A stretch of DNA of 64,000 nt, from contig CAWFHP010000020.1 of the NCBI GenBank assembly GCA_963815675.1, positions 143,430 to 207,429 on the forward strand, written 5' to 3'. The notes under the pieces were generated by a model that had not been told where the DNA came from, ran no database searches, and saw only the letters and a program-made list of their open reading frames with translations. How positions within the stretch are numbered: the first letter of the stretch is position 1; each line of letters opens with the position of its first letter. Shown piece after piece: positions 28,536 to 38,559 of this stretch. The stretch comes from an uncultured Acidobacteriota bacterium (GTDB lineage Bacteria > Acidobacteriota > Vicinamibacteria > Marinacidobacterales > SMYC01). A program made the position numbers and the translations under genes.

Positions 28536-29606
28536 GGGTCGGGCTTCTCGGGCTTCTCGTCTCGGTCCGATGTCCCGCGCGCTCGGGACCGGAGCTCTCG
28601 CTCGAGCTCGCCGATTTGCTTCCGCAACCGGGCGAGCCCGCGAAGCTCGGCCGCGAGTCTTGAGCACTTCCCGATGCGGCCGTGCCGGATAACCCGAGAC
28701 GACGGCCTTTTCGGAAACGTTGCCGATGACTCCCGACTGCGCGATCAGAACCGCGTCGTCACCGATGGTGAGATGATCCACGAGGCCCACCTGGCCTCCC
28801 ATCAGCACCCGCTCGCCCACGATCGTGCTGCCGGAAATCCCGACCTGGGCCGCCATCGCCGAGTCCCTGCCGATCTCGACGTTGTGCGCGATATGTACCA
28901 GGTTGTCGATCTTGACACCGCTCCGGATGAGCGTGCGGCCGAGGGTCCCGCGGTCGATGGTGGCGTTGGCCCCGATCTCCACGTCGTCCTCGATGACGAC
29001 CGTCCCCACGTGCCGGATCTTGAGGAACTTTCCCTCGCGACGCGCGAAGCCGAATCCATCGGCCCCCACGACCGCTCCCGGATGGAGAATGACGCGGTTG
29101 CCGATGCGACAACTCTCCCGGATGACGACGTTGGGCCAGAGGACGCAGTCCTCGCCGATGGAGACGTCTTTCCCGAGGAAGACGCCGGGATGCACGACGC
29201 TCCGCGCTCCGAGGGTCACGCCCGCTTCGAGCGTGGCGAATGGGAGAATGGCGACGTCTTCGGCGAGACGAGCGTCGGGCGAGACCGACGCGAGAGGGTC
29301 GACGCCCTTTCGAGCGGAGGGTTTCGGGTAGAACATCTCGACGAGGTCGATGAGCGCCAGAAACGGGTCGGGGTGGACCAGCTGGGGGACGGAGATCCCG
29401 TCGAGTGGCTCGCGGGTCACGAGCGCGCCGGCGCGGGACGCGGCGAGCTCGGCGCGGTAGCGCTGGTCGGCATAGAGACTCACGTCCGAAGGCCCCGCGT
29501 CTCCCAGAGAGGCGAGTCCGGTGATGCGTGACGAGCCGTCTCCGACGAGCCTCGCGCCGAGGCGCCGGGCGAGAGTTTCGACGTCGAACGATTGACCAGA
29601 GCTCAA
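28532..29606 (-). pseudogene. lpxD: UDP-3-O-acylglucosamine N-acyltransferase LpxD; frameshift near 28658 fuses it in silico to moeA
   Basis: The N-terminal 315 aa of ORF 27279..29606 carry left-handed beta-helix hexapeptide repeats ([20 protein letters not shown]...[18 protein letters not shown]...[14 protein letters not shown]). After ...ARPHREVLK the alternative frame gives [24 protein letters not shown]...KPDP*, ending at 28532. The span is 3n+1 nt. The start is a TTG, as in the ORF track. Confidence 0.8.
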
Positions 29607-29933
29607 AAGAGGGCCCAGAGGCTTCGATGTTCCATGGGTTTACGGGCTCGGCGCGTAACCGCGACAACGATTAGGATATGTCAGAAGTGATTGCCGTTCC
29701 AAATGTTTCCGTGGGACAATATGAGGTTGGGGGGATAGGTCATCGGCTATCGCCGCGGGTTCGCTCTCCCGTGACCGACTCCGACCCTTTTGGTAAACTG
29801 GATTAGCGTGCCCAATCGAGTCGTCTCGTTCGCTGAGCTCGGCAAAACGTTGGCCAACTGACGGTAAACATCGCGAAACGTCAGGCCAGAATCTGGCCCG
29901 GGTTGCCGGTGCGGCTAGTGTGGAAAAGCTTCG

Positions 29934-32292
29934 ATGTCTGAGACTCCGTTGAAAACCTTAGGCAAATATCAGATCAAGAGAGAGCTCGGCAAAGGAGCCA
30001 TGGGTGTCGTCTACCTCGGCTTCGACCCTGGACTCGAGCGTGAGGTCGCGCTGAAGGTGATGGCGAGCGCCATCGTCTCGGACAGCGAGCTCAAGGAGCG
30101 CTTCGAGCGCGAAGCGAAATCGGTGGCGAGACTCCAGCACCCGAACATCGTCACCGTCTACGACCTCGGCTACGACGAGCAGGGAGCTCCCTTCATCGCG
30201 ATGGAGTATCTGAAGGGGCAGGATCTCGAGAATCGCATTCGGCGCGATCCGTTGACCTTCCGGGAGAAGCTCGACGTCGTCGCCCAGACCTGCCGCGGGC
30301 TCGCGCACGCGCACAAGAACGGCATCGTCCATCGCGACGTCAAGCCGGCGAACGTCTTCATCAGCGACAGCGGTGAGGCGAAGATCATGGACTTCGGCGT
30401 CGCCCGCTGGAAGGACGCTTCTCACACCCAAACGGGCGCCGTCCTCGGTACCGCCGACTACATGTCGCCGGAACAGATTCGCGGCCAGAAGGATTCTCGA
30501 CGGGCGATCCGATATTTTCAGCGTCGGTGTCATCCTCTATCGGCTCTTGACCAACAAGAAGCCGTTTGCCGGAGAGAACATTCAATCGGTCTTCTTCAAA
30601 ATCCTGAACCAGGAGTCGCCGGAGCTCGTTCTCCCCGAAGGCAGCGAGATGCCCGAGCTCCAGGCGATTGTCGACAAGGCCCTTTCCAAGAGCCTCGATG
30701 AGCGCTACGCGACCGCCGAAGATTTGGCGGAAGACATCAAGGACTTGATGAGCCTCTACCGGGACACGCTCAACGAGGACACCGTCTTTGACACGCTCTT
30801 CGATCCCTCGACGGTTCCCGAGATGGACCATGGATTGGACGGAAGCGGACGGCGACGCACGACGACGACCGGTCGGGTGCTCGGCACGTCGGGCTCGAGA
30901 GCCGGGGCCGGGCTCTCTCGGACCCATCGGCCGGGGACCGCCTTTCCTTCGACCACCCCCGGTCGCACCGCGTCGGGCCGCTCCGTGGTCCAGCGCACCG
31001 TCGCCGGACGCACGGTGGCGGGGCCGACCCGGATGATGCCGAGAGCGCAGATGGGTGGCACTTCCGTCTCCGCCTCTTCGGTAGGGATCCCCATCCAGGA
31101 GGCGGGCGGCGCTCTCAAGTACGTCGTCGCGGTGGTGCTGCTTCTCGGCCTCGGCGGGGGAGTCTACTGGTTCACCCAGCTCCGGAACCGCCCCGACGTC
31201 AAAGCGGGGACGGACATCGTGCAGACCGCGGGGACGCCCGCACCCACCATCGAGGAGCGTCTGGCCAAGGTGCAAAGCGCTCTCGATCAGGGCTATCTCA
31301 CCGCGGCCTCCAATGACGTGGAGCAGATCCTGCTCGCGGATCCACAGAATGCTCAGGCGCTCGAGCTGAAAGCTCGGATCGAGCAGGCGCAACGTCAGGC
31401 TCAGACGAACAACACGCAAACGACTCACGCGCAAACGGTCCCCACGACGACCGCGCCGATTCAACCCAAGGGACCGTCGAAGAGCGAGGAGGCCTCGCAG
31501 CTCGCCGTCCAGGCTTCCGTCGCGATGGGAAACGGCAGGCTCGACGAGGCGGACAATCTCATTCGTCAGGGCCGCCAGCTCGACCCGGCCAGTGCCGTAT
31601 GGCAGCAGCTCAGCCAGCAGATGGACCGCGTGCGCAAGGACGCCGCGCAGGCGGAGGCGATGCGCCAACGACAGTCGGTCATCGACGGTTTCGTGAGTCA
31701 GGCAGCGCAGGCGGTGAAGAACCGGGACTACGAGGGTGCCATCGCCGCCTACGACAAGGCGCTCGAACAGGATCCGACCAACGTTCAACTTCTCACCGGG
31801 AAGAACAACGTCCTCGTCGCGATGGAGCAGCAGAAAGCGGCCGCCTCGGTCCGGGCGCTCCAGATTAGCGAGACCGCCACCGAGTACCTGTCGCCGGGAA
31901 GTGCCAACGAGGGACCCAAGGGATTCGACACCGGGGGAGTCGAGGTCCACCAGGCCACCAAGGCGCCCGAGAATCCCGGCGAGCTCATCGTGCAAATCCA
32001 GCCCGAAACGGTGCAGCCCGGCGACCCGTACCTGCTGCGCGTACGGGTCCACAATCAGGGAAACAAACCGATCGGGGTCAAGACCATCGAGCTGGTATCG
32101 ACCTACGGCCCGAAGACCACAGGGAAGGGCCAGCAGCTGACGCCTCTGGTGCAGCGCGTCAATCCGCGAGACACCAGCGTCATCTGGGAGACGAGAGGTA
32201 CCTGGACGGAGGCTCAGAACCAGGGGAGCATCGAGGCGATCGTGACGCTCATCGGAGACGCGAAGCTGAGGAAGACGATTCGATGGCAGTGA
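29934..32292 (+). pseudogene. membrane Ser/Thr protein kinase (Hanks type) with periplasmic helical region and C-terminal Ig-like domain; frameshifted near 30494
   Basis: ORF 29934..30701 carries GKGAMGVVY, ALKV, HRDVKPANVF, DFGVA and DYMSPEQIRGQK. After deleting one T of GATTC it continues DLDGRSDIFSVGVILYRLL... in the frame of ORF 30373..32292. A TM helix follows (YVVAVVLLLGLGGGVYWF), then a C-terminal CARDB-like segment (PGDPYLLRVRVHNQGNKPI). The span is 3n+1 nt. Confidence 0.85.
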
Positions 32293-32797
32293 TTACGTCT
32301 TTCTACTCCTCGCCGCCTTCGCCCTGCCCGTCCCCGTCTTCTCCCGGCCGACCGCATCCGAAGAGCCCACGATCGATCATCAGCCCGTCGAGTGCTCCGT
32401 TCCCGGGAAGAACACGCGCATCTGCGCGTATGTCCTCGACGACGGCGAGGTGAAACGGGTCCGGGTCTATTTCCGTGCCGACAAGCAGGCGGCCTACTAC
32501 TGGAGCGACATGGCCTTCGACGGTATCCAATTCTGCGCCACCCTTCCGGTGGCGAAGAAGGACGTTTCTCAAATCGAGTACTACATCTGGGCGGTGGACG
32601 ACGAGTTCCAGTCGATCCGCACCCGGAGCTATCGCGTTTCTCTCGAGCCGAAATCGCCCTGCGCCTATCCCGTCGTCGATGACGACCCCGAACGAGTCTC
32701 GAAGCTCGTCGTGCACGCCACCGCGGAAAAGCAGGGCAAATCGCTCGAGGAGTTCGAAGAGCAAGGGGTCGTCGAGTTCGTTGCCGCGAAGAAATAG
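32283..32797 (+). pseudogene. small secreted protein of unknown function (domain shared with the protein at 43626..45326); start region disturbed
   Basis: The frame holding ORF 32450..32797 is open from 32270. It encodes a signal-peptide-like VFLLLAAFALPVPVFS upstream of the listed GTG, but has no in-frame start. The ATG at 32283 and GTG at 32289 (the latter in a GTGA overlap with the kinase stop) are out of frame by 2 nt. Deleting ta at 32294-32295 (gatTAc) gives MAVIVFLLLAAFALPVPVFSRPTASEEP... Confidence 0.5.
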
Positions 32798-32812
32798 CAC
32801 TCGGTCGAGAGC

Positions 32813-33511
32813 GTGACCGTGGTGGACCCGTCACGTTCTCGCGCGCGCCTCACCGTTCTCATTCCGGCGAAGAACGAAGAGGCGACCATCGCCGAGGTGG
32901 TCCAGGGCGCGTTCCGTCACTCCGCCGACGTCCTCGTCGTCGACGGGAGCTCGAAAGACGAGACCGCGGCACGCGCCGCTGCCGCCGGTGCGCGCGTCTG
33001 CCGGGACGAGGGCAAGGGCAAGGGGCGCGCCATCCGGGAGGCCCTACCGCAGCTCAAGGGTGAGGTGACGGTCCTGATGGACGCCGACGGATCGCACGAT
33101 CCCGAGGACATTCCGAAGCTCATCGCCCCGATCTTCGCCGACGAAGCGGACCATGTTTCGGGCTCGCGGCTTCTCGGAGGCTCGAGCGAGCTCCACGGCG
33201 GCTTCGACGAGTGGGCTCGTCTTGCCGGGAGCTCCTTCATCACCGCCTGCATCAACAAACGCTACGGGGTGCGCCTCTCCGACAGTCAGAACGGCTTTCG
33301 CGCCATCCGAACGGAGCTGCTGAGGTCTCTCCCGCTCCGCTCGAAGCACACCACCATCGAGCAGGAGATGATCGTGAAGACCCTTCGCTCGAAGCACAGG
33401 CTCGCGGAGGTGCCCACGCACGAGTACCCGCGACGAGCCGGTGTCTCGCACATCTCGGTTTGGCGCGACGCCCCGAGCTACGTCGTCTCGCTCATCGAGC
33501 TGATGATGTAA
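32813..33511 (+). CDS. family 2 glycosyltransferase (polyprenyl-phosphate sugar synthase-like: DPM1/ArnC/Ppm1 type)
   Basis: 232-aa ORF. LTVLIPAKNEEATI...LVVDGSSKDET...VLMDADGSHDPEDIPKLI (DxD)...SGSR...QNGFRA fits short soluble GT2 enzymes that load sugars on polyprenyl phosphate. Confidence 0.7.
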   Translation: MTVVDPSRSRARLTVLIPAKNEEATIAEVVQGAFRHSADVLVVDGSSKDETAARAAAAGARVCRDEGKGKGRAIREALPQLKGEVTVLMDADGSHDPEDIPKLIAPIFADEADHVSGSRLLGGSSELHGGFDEWARLAGSSFITACINKRYGVRLSDSQNGFRAIRTELLRSLPLRSKHTTIEQEMIVKTLRSKHRLAEVPTHEYPRRAGVSHISVWRDAPSYVVSLIELMM

Positions 33512-33542
33512 ATACGTGTAAGAAGAGAGATGTGGAGATAAG

Positions 33543-33603
33543 AGGGGATAGGGGATCAAGGAATGGATCCTCGTTCTCCTCCCCTCGTCTCCTCCTATCC
33601 CCT
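33543..33603. other. purine-rich/pyrimidine-rich inverted repeat (possible terminator or regulatory hairpin) in the GT2-otsB spacer
   Basis: aggggatagg (33543-33552) pairs with cctatcccct (33594-33603). There is an inner ggatc...gatcc hairpin. A G/A-rich left half faces a C/T-rich right half. Confidence 0.35.
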
Positions 33604-33670
33604 TATCCCCCTCGTATTGCGAGCGGAGCTTCTGCCTCTGAGGTTCGGATCCCCCGCGTGATTTGTTAGC

Positions 33671-34420
33671 ATGATGAGAGTGCCGGATTTTCGGTCCGAT
33701 TGGGCCTTGTTTCTCGACGTCGATGGAACCCTCCTCGCAATCGTGGACGATCCCGACGCCGTCGAGCCCGAGCCCGCGGTCCTGGAAGCGCTCGCGGCCA
33801 TCGAGCGGGACAACGGTGGAGCGATCGCTCTGGTGAGTGGACGATCGATCGCGCAGCTCGATCGCATCTTCGCGCCGCTGCGTCTTCCAGCAGCCGGTCT
33901 TCACGGTTACGAGAGACGGAATCGAAACGGTCGGACGATGCGCTCCGAGATCGACCCCGGGGCGCTCGAGCCGGTCCGGGCACGCTTCGAGCGATTCGTC
34001 GCAGAGCATTCCGGGAGTCTCCTGGAGGACAAGAACCTGTCGCTCGCGCTTCACTACCGCCGCGCGCCCGAAGCCGCGGGGGATGCCGAGGCGCTGGGGC
34101 GCGAGCTCGCGACCGAGCTTCCCCGCGATTTTCGCATTCAGCCGGGCAAGATGGTGCTCGAAGTCAAGCCGGGTGGCGGTACGAAGGGAACCGCGATCGC
34201 GGCGTTCATGGCCGAGCCTCCGTTTCGAGGAAGGGTCCCGGTCTTTCTCGGAGACGATGCCACCGATGAGGACGGCTTTCGCTGGGTCAACGAGCGCGGC
34301 GGTTACTCGATCAAAGTGGGGCCGGGGGCGACGGAAGCGGGGGCCCGTCTCGAGCACGTCGGGGCGGTGAAGAGCTGGCTACTAAGATACCGGGACTTTC
34401 TCGAGGAAGTGCGAACTTGA
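33671..34420 (+). CDS. otsB: trehalose-6-phosphate phosphatase
   Basis: 249-aa ORF with HAD motifs FLDVDGTL, SGRS and GDDATDEDGF. It has the OtsB-like KNLSLALHYR and VLEVKPGGGTKG. Confidence 0.85.
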   Translation: MMRVPDFRSDWALFLDVDGTLLAIVDDPDAVEPEPAVLEALAAIERDNGGAIALVSGRSIAQLDRIFAPLRLPAAGLHGYERRNRNGRTMRSEIDPGALEPVRARFERFVAEHSGSLLEDKNLSLALHYRRAPEAAGDAEALGRELATELPRDFRIQPGKMVLEVKPGGGTKGTAIAAFMAEPPFRGRVPVFLGDDATDEDGFRWVNERGGYSIKVGPGATEAGARLEHVGAVKSWLLRYRDFLEEVRT

Positions 34421-36204
34421 TGCAGACCCTCGACCTCGCCCTCATCGGCAACTCCAGCTTCAGCGCCCTCGTCGACGGCGAGACCAATGTCGTCTGGTCC
34501 TGCTTTCCCCGCTTCGACAGCGACCCGGTTTTCGACATGCTCCTGCGGGGCTTGCGGGAGCCCGAAGACGGGATCTACCGGGTGGAGCTCTTCGAGCACT
34601 CTCACTCCGAGCAGGAGTATCTTCCCAATACGGCGGTTTTGAGGACGCTACTCTCCGACTCTCACGGGGGAGCGGTCGAGGTCATCGACTTCGCGCCTCG
34701 GTTCAAGCAATTCGGCCGTACCTTCCGCCCGCTCACCTTCGTGAGGCTCGTGCGTCCCGTCTCCGGCAGTCCCCGAATCCGAATCCGCCTCCGTCCGACG
34801 AGCGCCGCCGGCCGCGTCCAGCCGGTGGTGACTCACGGAAGCAACCATGTTCGTTACGTGCTGCCTCACGTGACGCTGCGCGTCACGACGGACGCGTCGA
34901 TCACGACTCTGCTCGACGACACGCCCCTCATCCTCGAACGTCCGCTCACGTTGATCCTCGGACCCGACGAGACGCTCCAGAGCGGGGTCGCCGAGACCGG
35001 CCGGTACTTCCTTCAGGAGACCGTCTCCTACTGGCACGAGTGGGTGCGCTATCTCGGGATTCCCTTCGAATGGCAGGATGCGGTGATCCGCGCCGCAATC
35101 ACCCTCAAGCTGAACTCCTACGACGATACCGGAGCCATCGTCGCCGCGATGACGACGTCGATTCCCGAGGCACCCGGTACCGTCCGAAACTGGGACTATC
35201 GCTACTGCTGGTTGCGCGACGCTCAGTTCGTCGTCGGAGCCCTGAGCCGCCTGGGGGTGACCAAGACGATGGAGAGCTATCTCAGCTTCATCATCAACGT
35301 CGCCGCCGGGAGCGTGGACGGCCAGCTCCAGCCGGTCTACGGCATCAACGGGCGCACTCGACTCGAGGAGAATATCGTGGAGGGACTCGCCGGGTACCGC
35401 GGCATGGGCCCCGTCCGTTTCGGAAACCAGGCCTACCAGCAAGTCCAGAACGACGTCTATGGCGCCGCCGTGCTCGCCGCCACCCACATGTTCTTCGATC
35501 GCCGGCTGGCTACACCGGGAGACGAGAGCCAGTATCGGCGCCTCGAGCACCTGGGCGATCTCGCCGTTGAAGTGTTCGCCGAGCCCGATGCCGGCCCGTG
35601 GGAGCTCCGCGGAGCTCGGCACGTCCATACCTACTCGGCGGTGATGTGCTGGGCGGCCTGCGATCGGCTCTCGAAGATCGGAAGCCGACTCGGTCTCACG
35701 GAGCGAGCGCAGCATTGGAGCCGCCTTGCCGAAGGGATGCGAACTACGATCTCCGAGAGCGGTTTCAACTCCGATCTCGGAAGCTTCACCGGGAGCTTCG
35801 GAGGAACCGATCTCGACGCGGCCCTGCTTCTGCTCCCGAGCCTCGGGTTCCTCCCGCCCTCGGATCCGCGGTTCGCGGGAACATTGAAGGCGGCCGAGCA
35901 GTACCTCTTGAAGGGCGATTTCCTATTCCGTTACACGAACGCCGACGACTTCGGCTACCCCGAGACGGCTTTTCTCGTCTGCAGCTTCTGGTACGTCGAC
36001 GCGCTCCACGCGGTCGGTCGCGTCGAAGAGGCTCGGGAGCTCTTCGAGAAGCTTCTCGCCCGCCGCAATCGGCACGGCCTTCTCTCCGAAGACATCCATC
36101 CCGAGACCGGGGAGCTCTGGGGGAATTTCCCGCAGACTTACAGTATGGTGGGAATGATCAATTCGGCCAGAAAGCTGAGCAAGCCCTGGGAGCTGGGATA
36201 TTGA
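34420..36204 (+). CDS. glycoside hydrolase family 15 protein (glucoamylase/trehalase-like)
   Basis: About 594 aa. NWDYRYCWLRDAQF, FGNQAYQQVQNDVYG and PWELRG are GH15 catalytic-domain signatures. The ATG at 34420 overlaps the otsB stop (TGATG). Confidence 0.8.
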   Translation: MQTLDLALIGNSSFSALVDGETNVVWSCFPRFDSDPVFDMLLRGLREPEDGIYRVELFEHSHSEQEYLPNTAVLRTLLSDSHGGAVEVIDFAPRFKQFGRTFRPLTFVRLVRPVSGSPRIRIRLRPTSAAGRVQPVVTHGSNHVRYVLPHVTLRVTTDASITTLLDDTPLILERPLTLILGPDETLQSGVAETGRYFLQETVSYWHEWVRYLGIPFEWQDAVIRAAITLKLNSYDDTGAIVAAMTTSIPEAPGTVRNWDYRYCWLRDAQFVVGALSRLGVTKTMESYLSFIINVAAGSVDGQLQPVYGINGRTRLEENIVEGLAGYRGMGPVRFGNQAYQQVQNDVYGAAVLAATHMFFDRRLATPGDESQYRRLEHLGDLAVEVFAEPDAGPWELRGARHVHTYSAVMCWAACDRLSKIGSRLGLTERAQHWSRLAEGMRTTISESGFNSDLGSFTGSFGGTDLDAALLLLPSLGFLPPSDPRFAGTLKAAEQYLLKGDFLFRYTNADDFGYPETAFLVCSFWYVDALHAVGRVEEARELFEKLLARRNRHGLLSEDIHPETGELWGNFPQTYSMVGMINSARKLSKPWELGY

Positions 36205-37652
36205 GTCGCCTCGTCGTCGTTTCGAATCGCGTGCCGCTGCCGCGCGGCTCGAAGCCCCCCGAGGGCGGTCTCGCGACCGCTGTCCTCGCCGCGCTCGAGT
36301 CCCGGGGAGGACTCTGGTACGGCTGGAGCGGGGCTACGACGAACGAGACGAATCCGCCCATCGGCCGGTCGCGGCTGGGGGCCGTCGAGTTCGCCACGAT
36401 TCCGCTCGCGAAGAACGACTACGACGACTATTACAAGGGGTTTTCCAACCGCGTCTTGTGGCCGTTGTTCCACATGCGGCTCGACCGCATGGAGTTCCGG
36501 CGCGGATTCGAAGAGGGATATCGGCGGGTGAACCAGCTGTTCGCGCGGCGCCTCCTTCCTCTACTGCAGGAAGGTGACCTGATTCGGGTCCACGACTATC
36601 ACCTCATCCCCCTTGGTCGCGAGCTCCGGCGCGCGGGTTGGGGCGGCGCCATAGGCTTCTTCCTCCACGTTCCCTTTCCTCCTTTCGACGTGCTGCGGGC
36701 CCTGCCACGCCATCGAACCCTCCTCAGCGAGCTCCTCTCGTACGACCGCGCCGGGTTCCAGACCGACCTGGACGTTCTGAACTTCCGGGCGAGCGTACGT
36801 CACGAGCTTCCCGCGGCGCGGCTCACGGCCTCGGGAATCGAGATGGATGGTCACACCACGACCGCGAATGTCTTCCCCATCAGCGTGGACGTGGACGAGG
36901 TGGCACGGGAGGCGCGCAAGGCGCGAGGCTCCGTCCAGGGCCGGCGGCTCATCTCGAGCTTGAACGGCCGGCGGCTCATGGTGGGGGTCGATCGGCTCGA
37001 TTACAGCAAGGGACTCACCGAGCGTTTCCGAGCCTTCGAGCGGATGCTGGAGCGCCACCCGCCCTATCGCGGAAGGGTGGTTTTGCTGCAGGTGGCCCAG
37101 CCGTCGAGAGGCGATGTACCCGAGTACCAGACGATGCGCAAAGCGCTCGACGGAGTGGCGGGAGAGATCAACGGTCGTTTCTCCGACTACGACTGGATGC
37201 CGATTCGATACTTGAACAAGGGATTCGCCCGGTCGACCATCCTCGGGTTTCTTTCGATTGCCGAGGTCGCTCTCGTGACGCCGCTTCGGGACGGGATGAA
37301 CCTCGTTGCCAAAGAGTTCGTGGCTTCGCAGAACCCGGAGAGTCCGGGCGTGCTCGTGCTGTCCGAGCTCGCGGGCGCGGCGCGCGAGCTCGATGCCGCG
37401 GTCTTCGTGAACCCTCACGACGTCGACGACATCGCCGACGGAATCGATCGCGCTCTATCGATGTCGCTTCCCGAGCGGAAGGAGCGATGGCGGGCGATGA
37501 TGGCGGTCCTGCGGCGCAACGACATCCATCGATGGAGGCGGCGCTTCGTGGAATCTCTCGAGTCGCGACAGGCCTCGTCCTCGCCGCCCTCGGCGGAGCG
37601 GCGGCTCCATCGCGAACGGACCCGTCTTCGGGGCCTCGAAACGGAGACTTGA
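36201..37652 (+). CDS. otsA: alpha,alpha-trehalose-phosphate synthase (GT20)
   Basis: This is the real part of ORF 35598..37652, starting at the TTG at 36201, which overlaps the GH15 stop. LVVVSNRVP...GGLATAVL...LWYGWSG...VHDYHL...FFLHVPFP...GVDRLDYSKG...PLRDGMNLVAKEF...LSELAGAA. Confidence 0.85.
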   Translation: MSRLVVVSNRVPLPRGSKPPEGGLATAVLAALESRGGLWYGWSGATTNETNPPIGRSRLGAVEFATIPLAKNDYDDYYKGFSNRVLWPLFHMRLDRMEFRRGFEEGYRRVNQLFARRLLPLLQEGDLIRVHDYHLIPLGRELRRAGWGGAIGFFLHVPFPPFDVLRALPRHRTLLSELLSYDRAGFQTDLDVLNFRASVRHELPAARLTASGIEMDGHTTTANVFPISVDVDEVAREARKARGSVQGRRLISSLNGRRLMVGVDRLDYSKGLTERFRAFERMLERHPPYRGRVVLLQVAQPSRGDVPEYQTMRKALDGVAGEINGRFSDYDWMPIRYLNKGFARSTILGFLSIAEVALVTPLRDGMNLVAKEFVASQNPESPGVLVLSELAGAARELDAAVFVNPHDVDDIADGIDRALSMSLPERKERWRAMMAVLRRNDIHRWRRRFVESLESRQASSSPPSAERRLHRERTRLRGLETET

Positions 37653-37664
37653 GTCGGTGCTCCA

Positions 37665-38504
37665 ATGGCGATGGTGACGCAAGGAATCGCGCGAGCGCGA
37701 GCGCGAGCGCGCCGCGGGCGCGGCCCCGGCACCGTCTATCGGCGGCTCAAGTCGATTCAATACCTGGCGACCCGGGACTGGAACGCCGTCCTGGAGTTCA
37801 CCTTCGCGTCCAGACCAGGCGCGGCGTCGGTCGCCGAGCGCGTCGCCCTTCTGCGGCGCTTCGTCGCGGTGACGAACGGGGTTCGGGGCTACCACACGCT
37901 CGGGGAGATCCTCACGGTCGCGGGCGCCATCCTCGCGCGATCGGACGTTCCGGGCAGAGGACCGATCGTGCTCGAAGCGGGATGCGGATACGGCGCCTCG
38001 ACCGCCAAGCTCTCCCTCGCCGTTCGACTCGCGTCCGGACGTCTCATCGCGTGCGATTCTTTTCGCGGCATGCCCGAAAACGACGAGGAGCACCTGCTCA
38101 TGGACGGCCGACGCACGCGTTTTCGTGCCGGGGCATTCCGCGGGACACTCGCTTCCGTCGAGCGCACCGTCCGCGAATGGGGCGCTTTCGAGGTGTGCCG
38201 GTTCGAGAAGGGCGCGTTCGAGGACACTCTCCCGCGGCTCGAGCCATCCGCGTCGCTCGACGTCGTCGTGCTCGACGTGGATCTCGCGAGCTCGACCCGC
38301 ACCTGCGTCCGGGAGCTCTGGGCCCGGCTTCGCCCGGGCGGGGTCTTGTTCTCCCTCGACGGGCAGCTCCGCGCGACCCACGAGATCCTCGGCGACCCGG
38401 CGTTCTGGCGGCACGAGGTGGGAGCGCCCCCGCCGCAAATCGAAGGCCTGGGAGCGCGAAAGCTCCTCACGCTGCGCAAGTCCGGGGCCGGGGCCCGCGA
38501 TTGA
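37665..38504 (+). CDS. class I SAM-dependent methyltransferase (TylF/MycF macrocin-O-methyltransferase-like)
   Basis: 279-aa ORF. The SAM-binding motif is VLEAGCGYGAST. DSFRGMPE and VLDVDL are reminiscent of the TylF family. Confidence 0.6.
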   Translation: MAMVTQGIARARARARRGRGPGTVYRRLKSIQYLATRDWNAVLEFTFASRPGAASVAERVALLRRFVAVTNGVRGYHTLGEILTVAGAILARSDVPGRGPIVLEAGCGYGASTAKLSLAVRLASGRLIACDSFRGMPENDEEHLLMDGRRTRFRAGAFRGTLASVERTVREWGAFEVCRFEKGAFEDTLPRLEPSASLDVVVLDVDLASSTRTCVRELWARLRPGGVLFSLDGQLRATHEILGDPAFWRHEVGAPPPQIEGLGARKLLTLRKSGAGARD

Positions 38505-38559
38505 GAGCGCAGAGCCGCCCGCCCTATACTGTCTACGGGATCCGGAACGGAGAGGTCGA

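Noticed and set aside
29607-29933. 327-nt divergent intergenic region between lpxD and the kinase gene as a possible ncRNA or mobile-element remnant
   Set aside because: I found no repeats, no conserved RNA motifs and no ORF longer than 15 codons. It is most simply two divergent promoter regions. I could not define convincing -35/-10 elements, so no feature is reported.
33630-33660. tRNA-like T-arm sequence ggttcggatcc upstream of otsB
   Set aside because: The flanking bases do not form a T-stem. The loop lacks the conserved A58 position, and no acceptor or anticodon arms can be drawn. It is not a tRNA or tRNA fragment.
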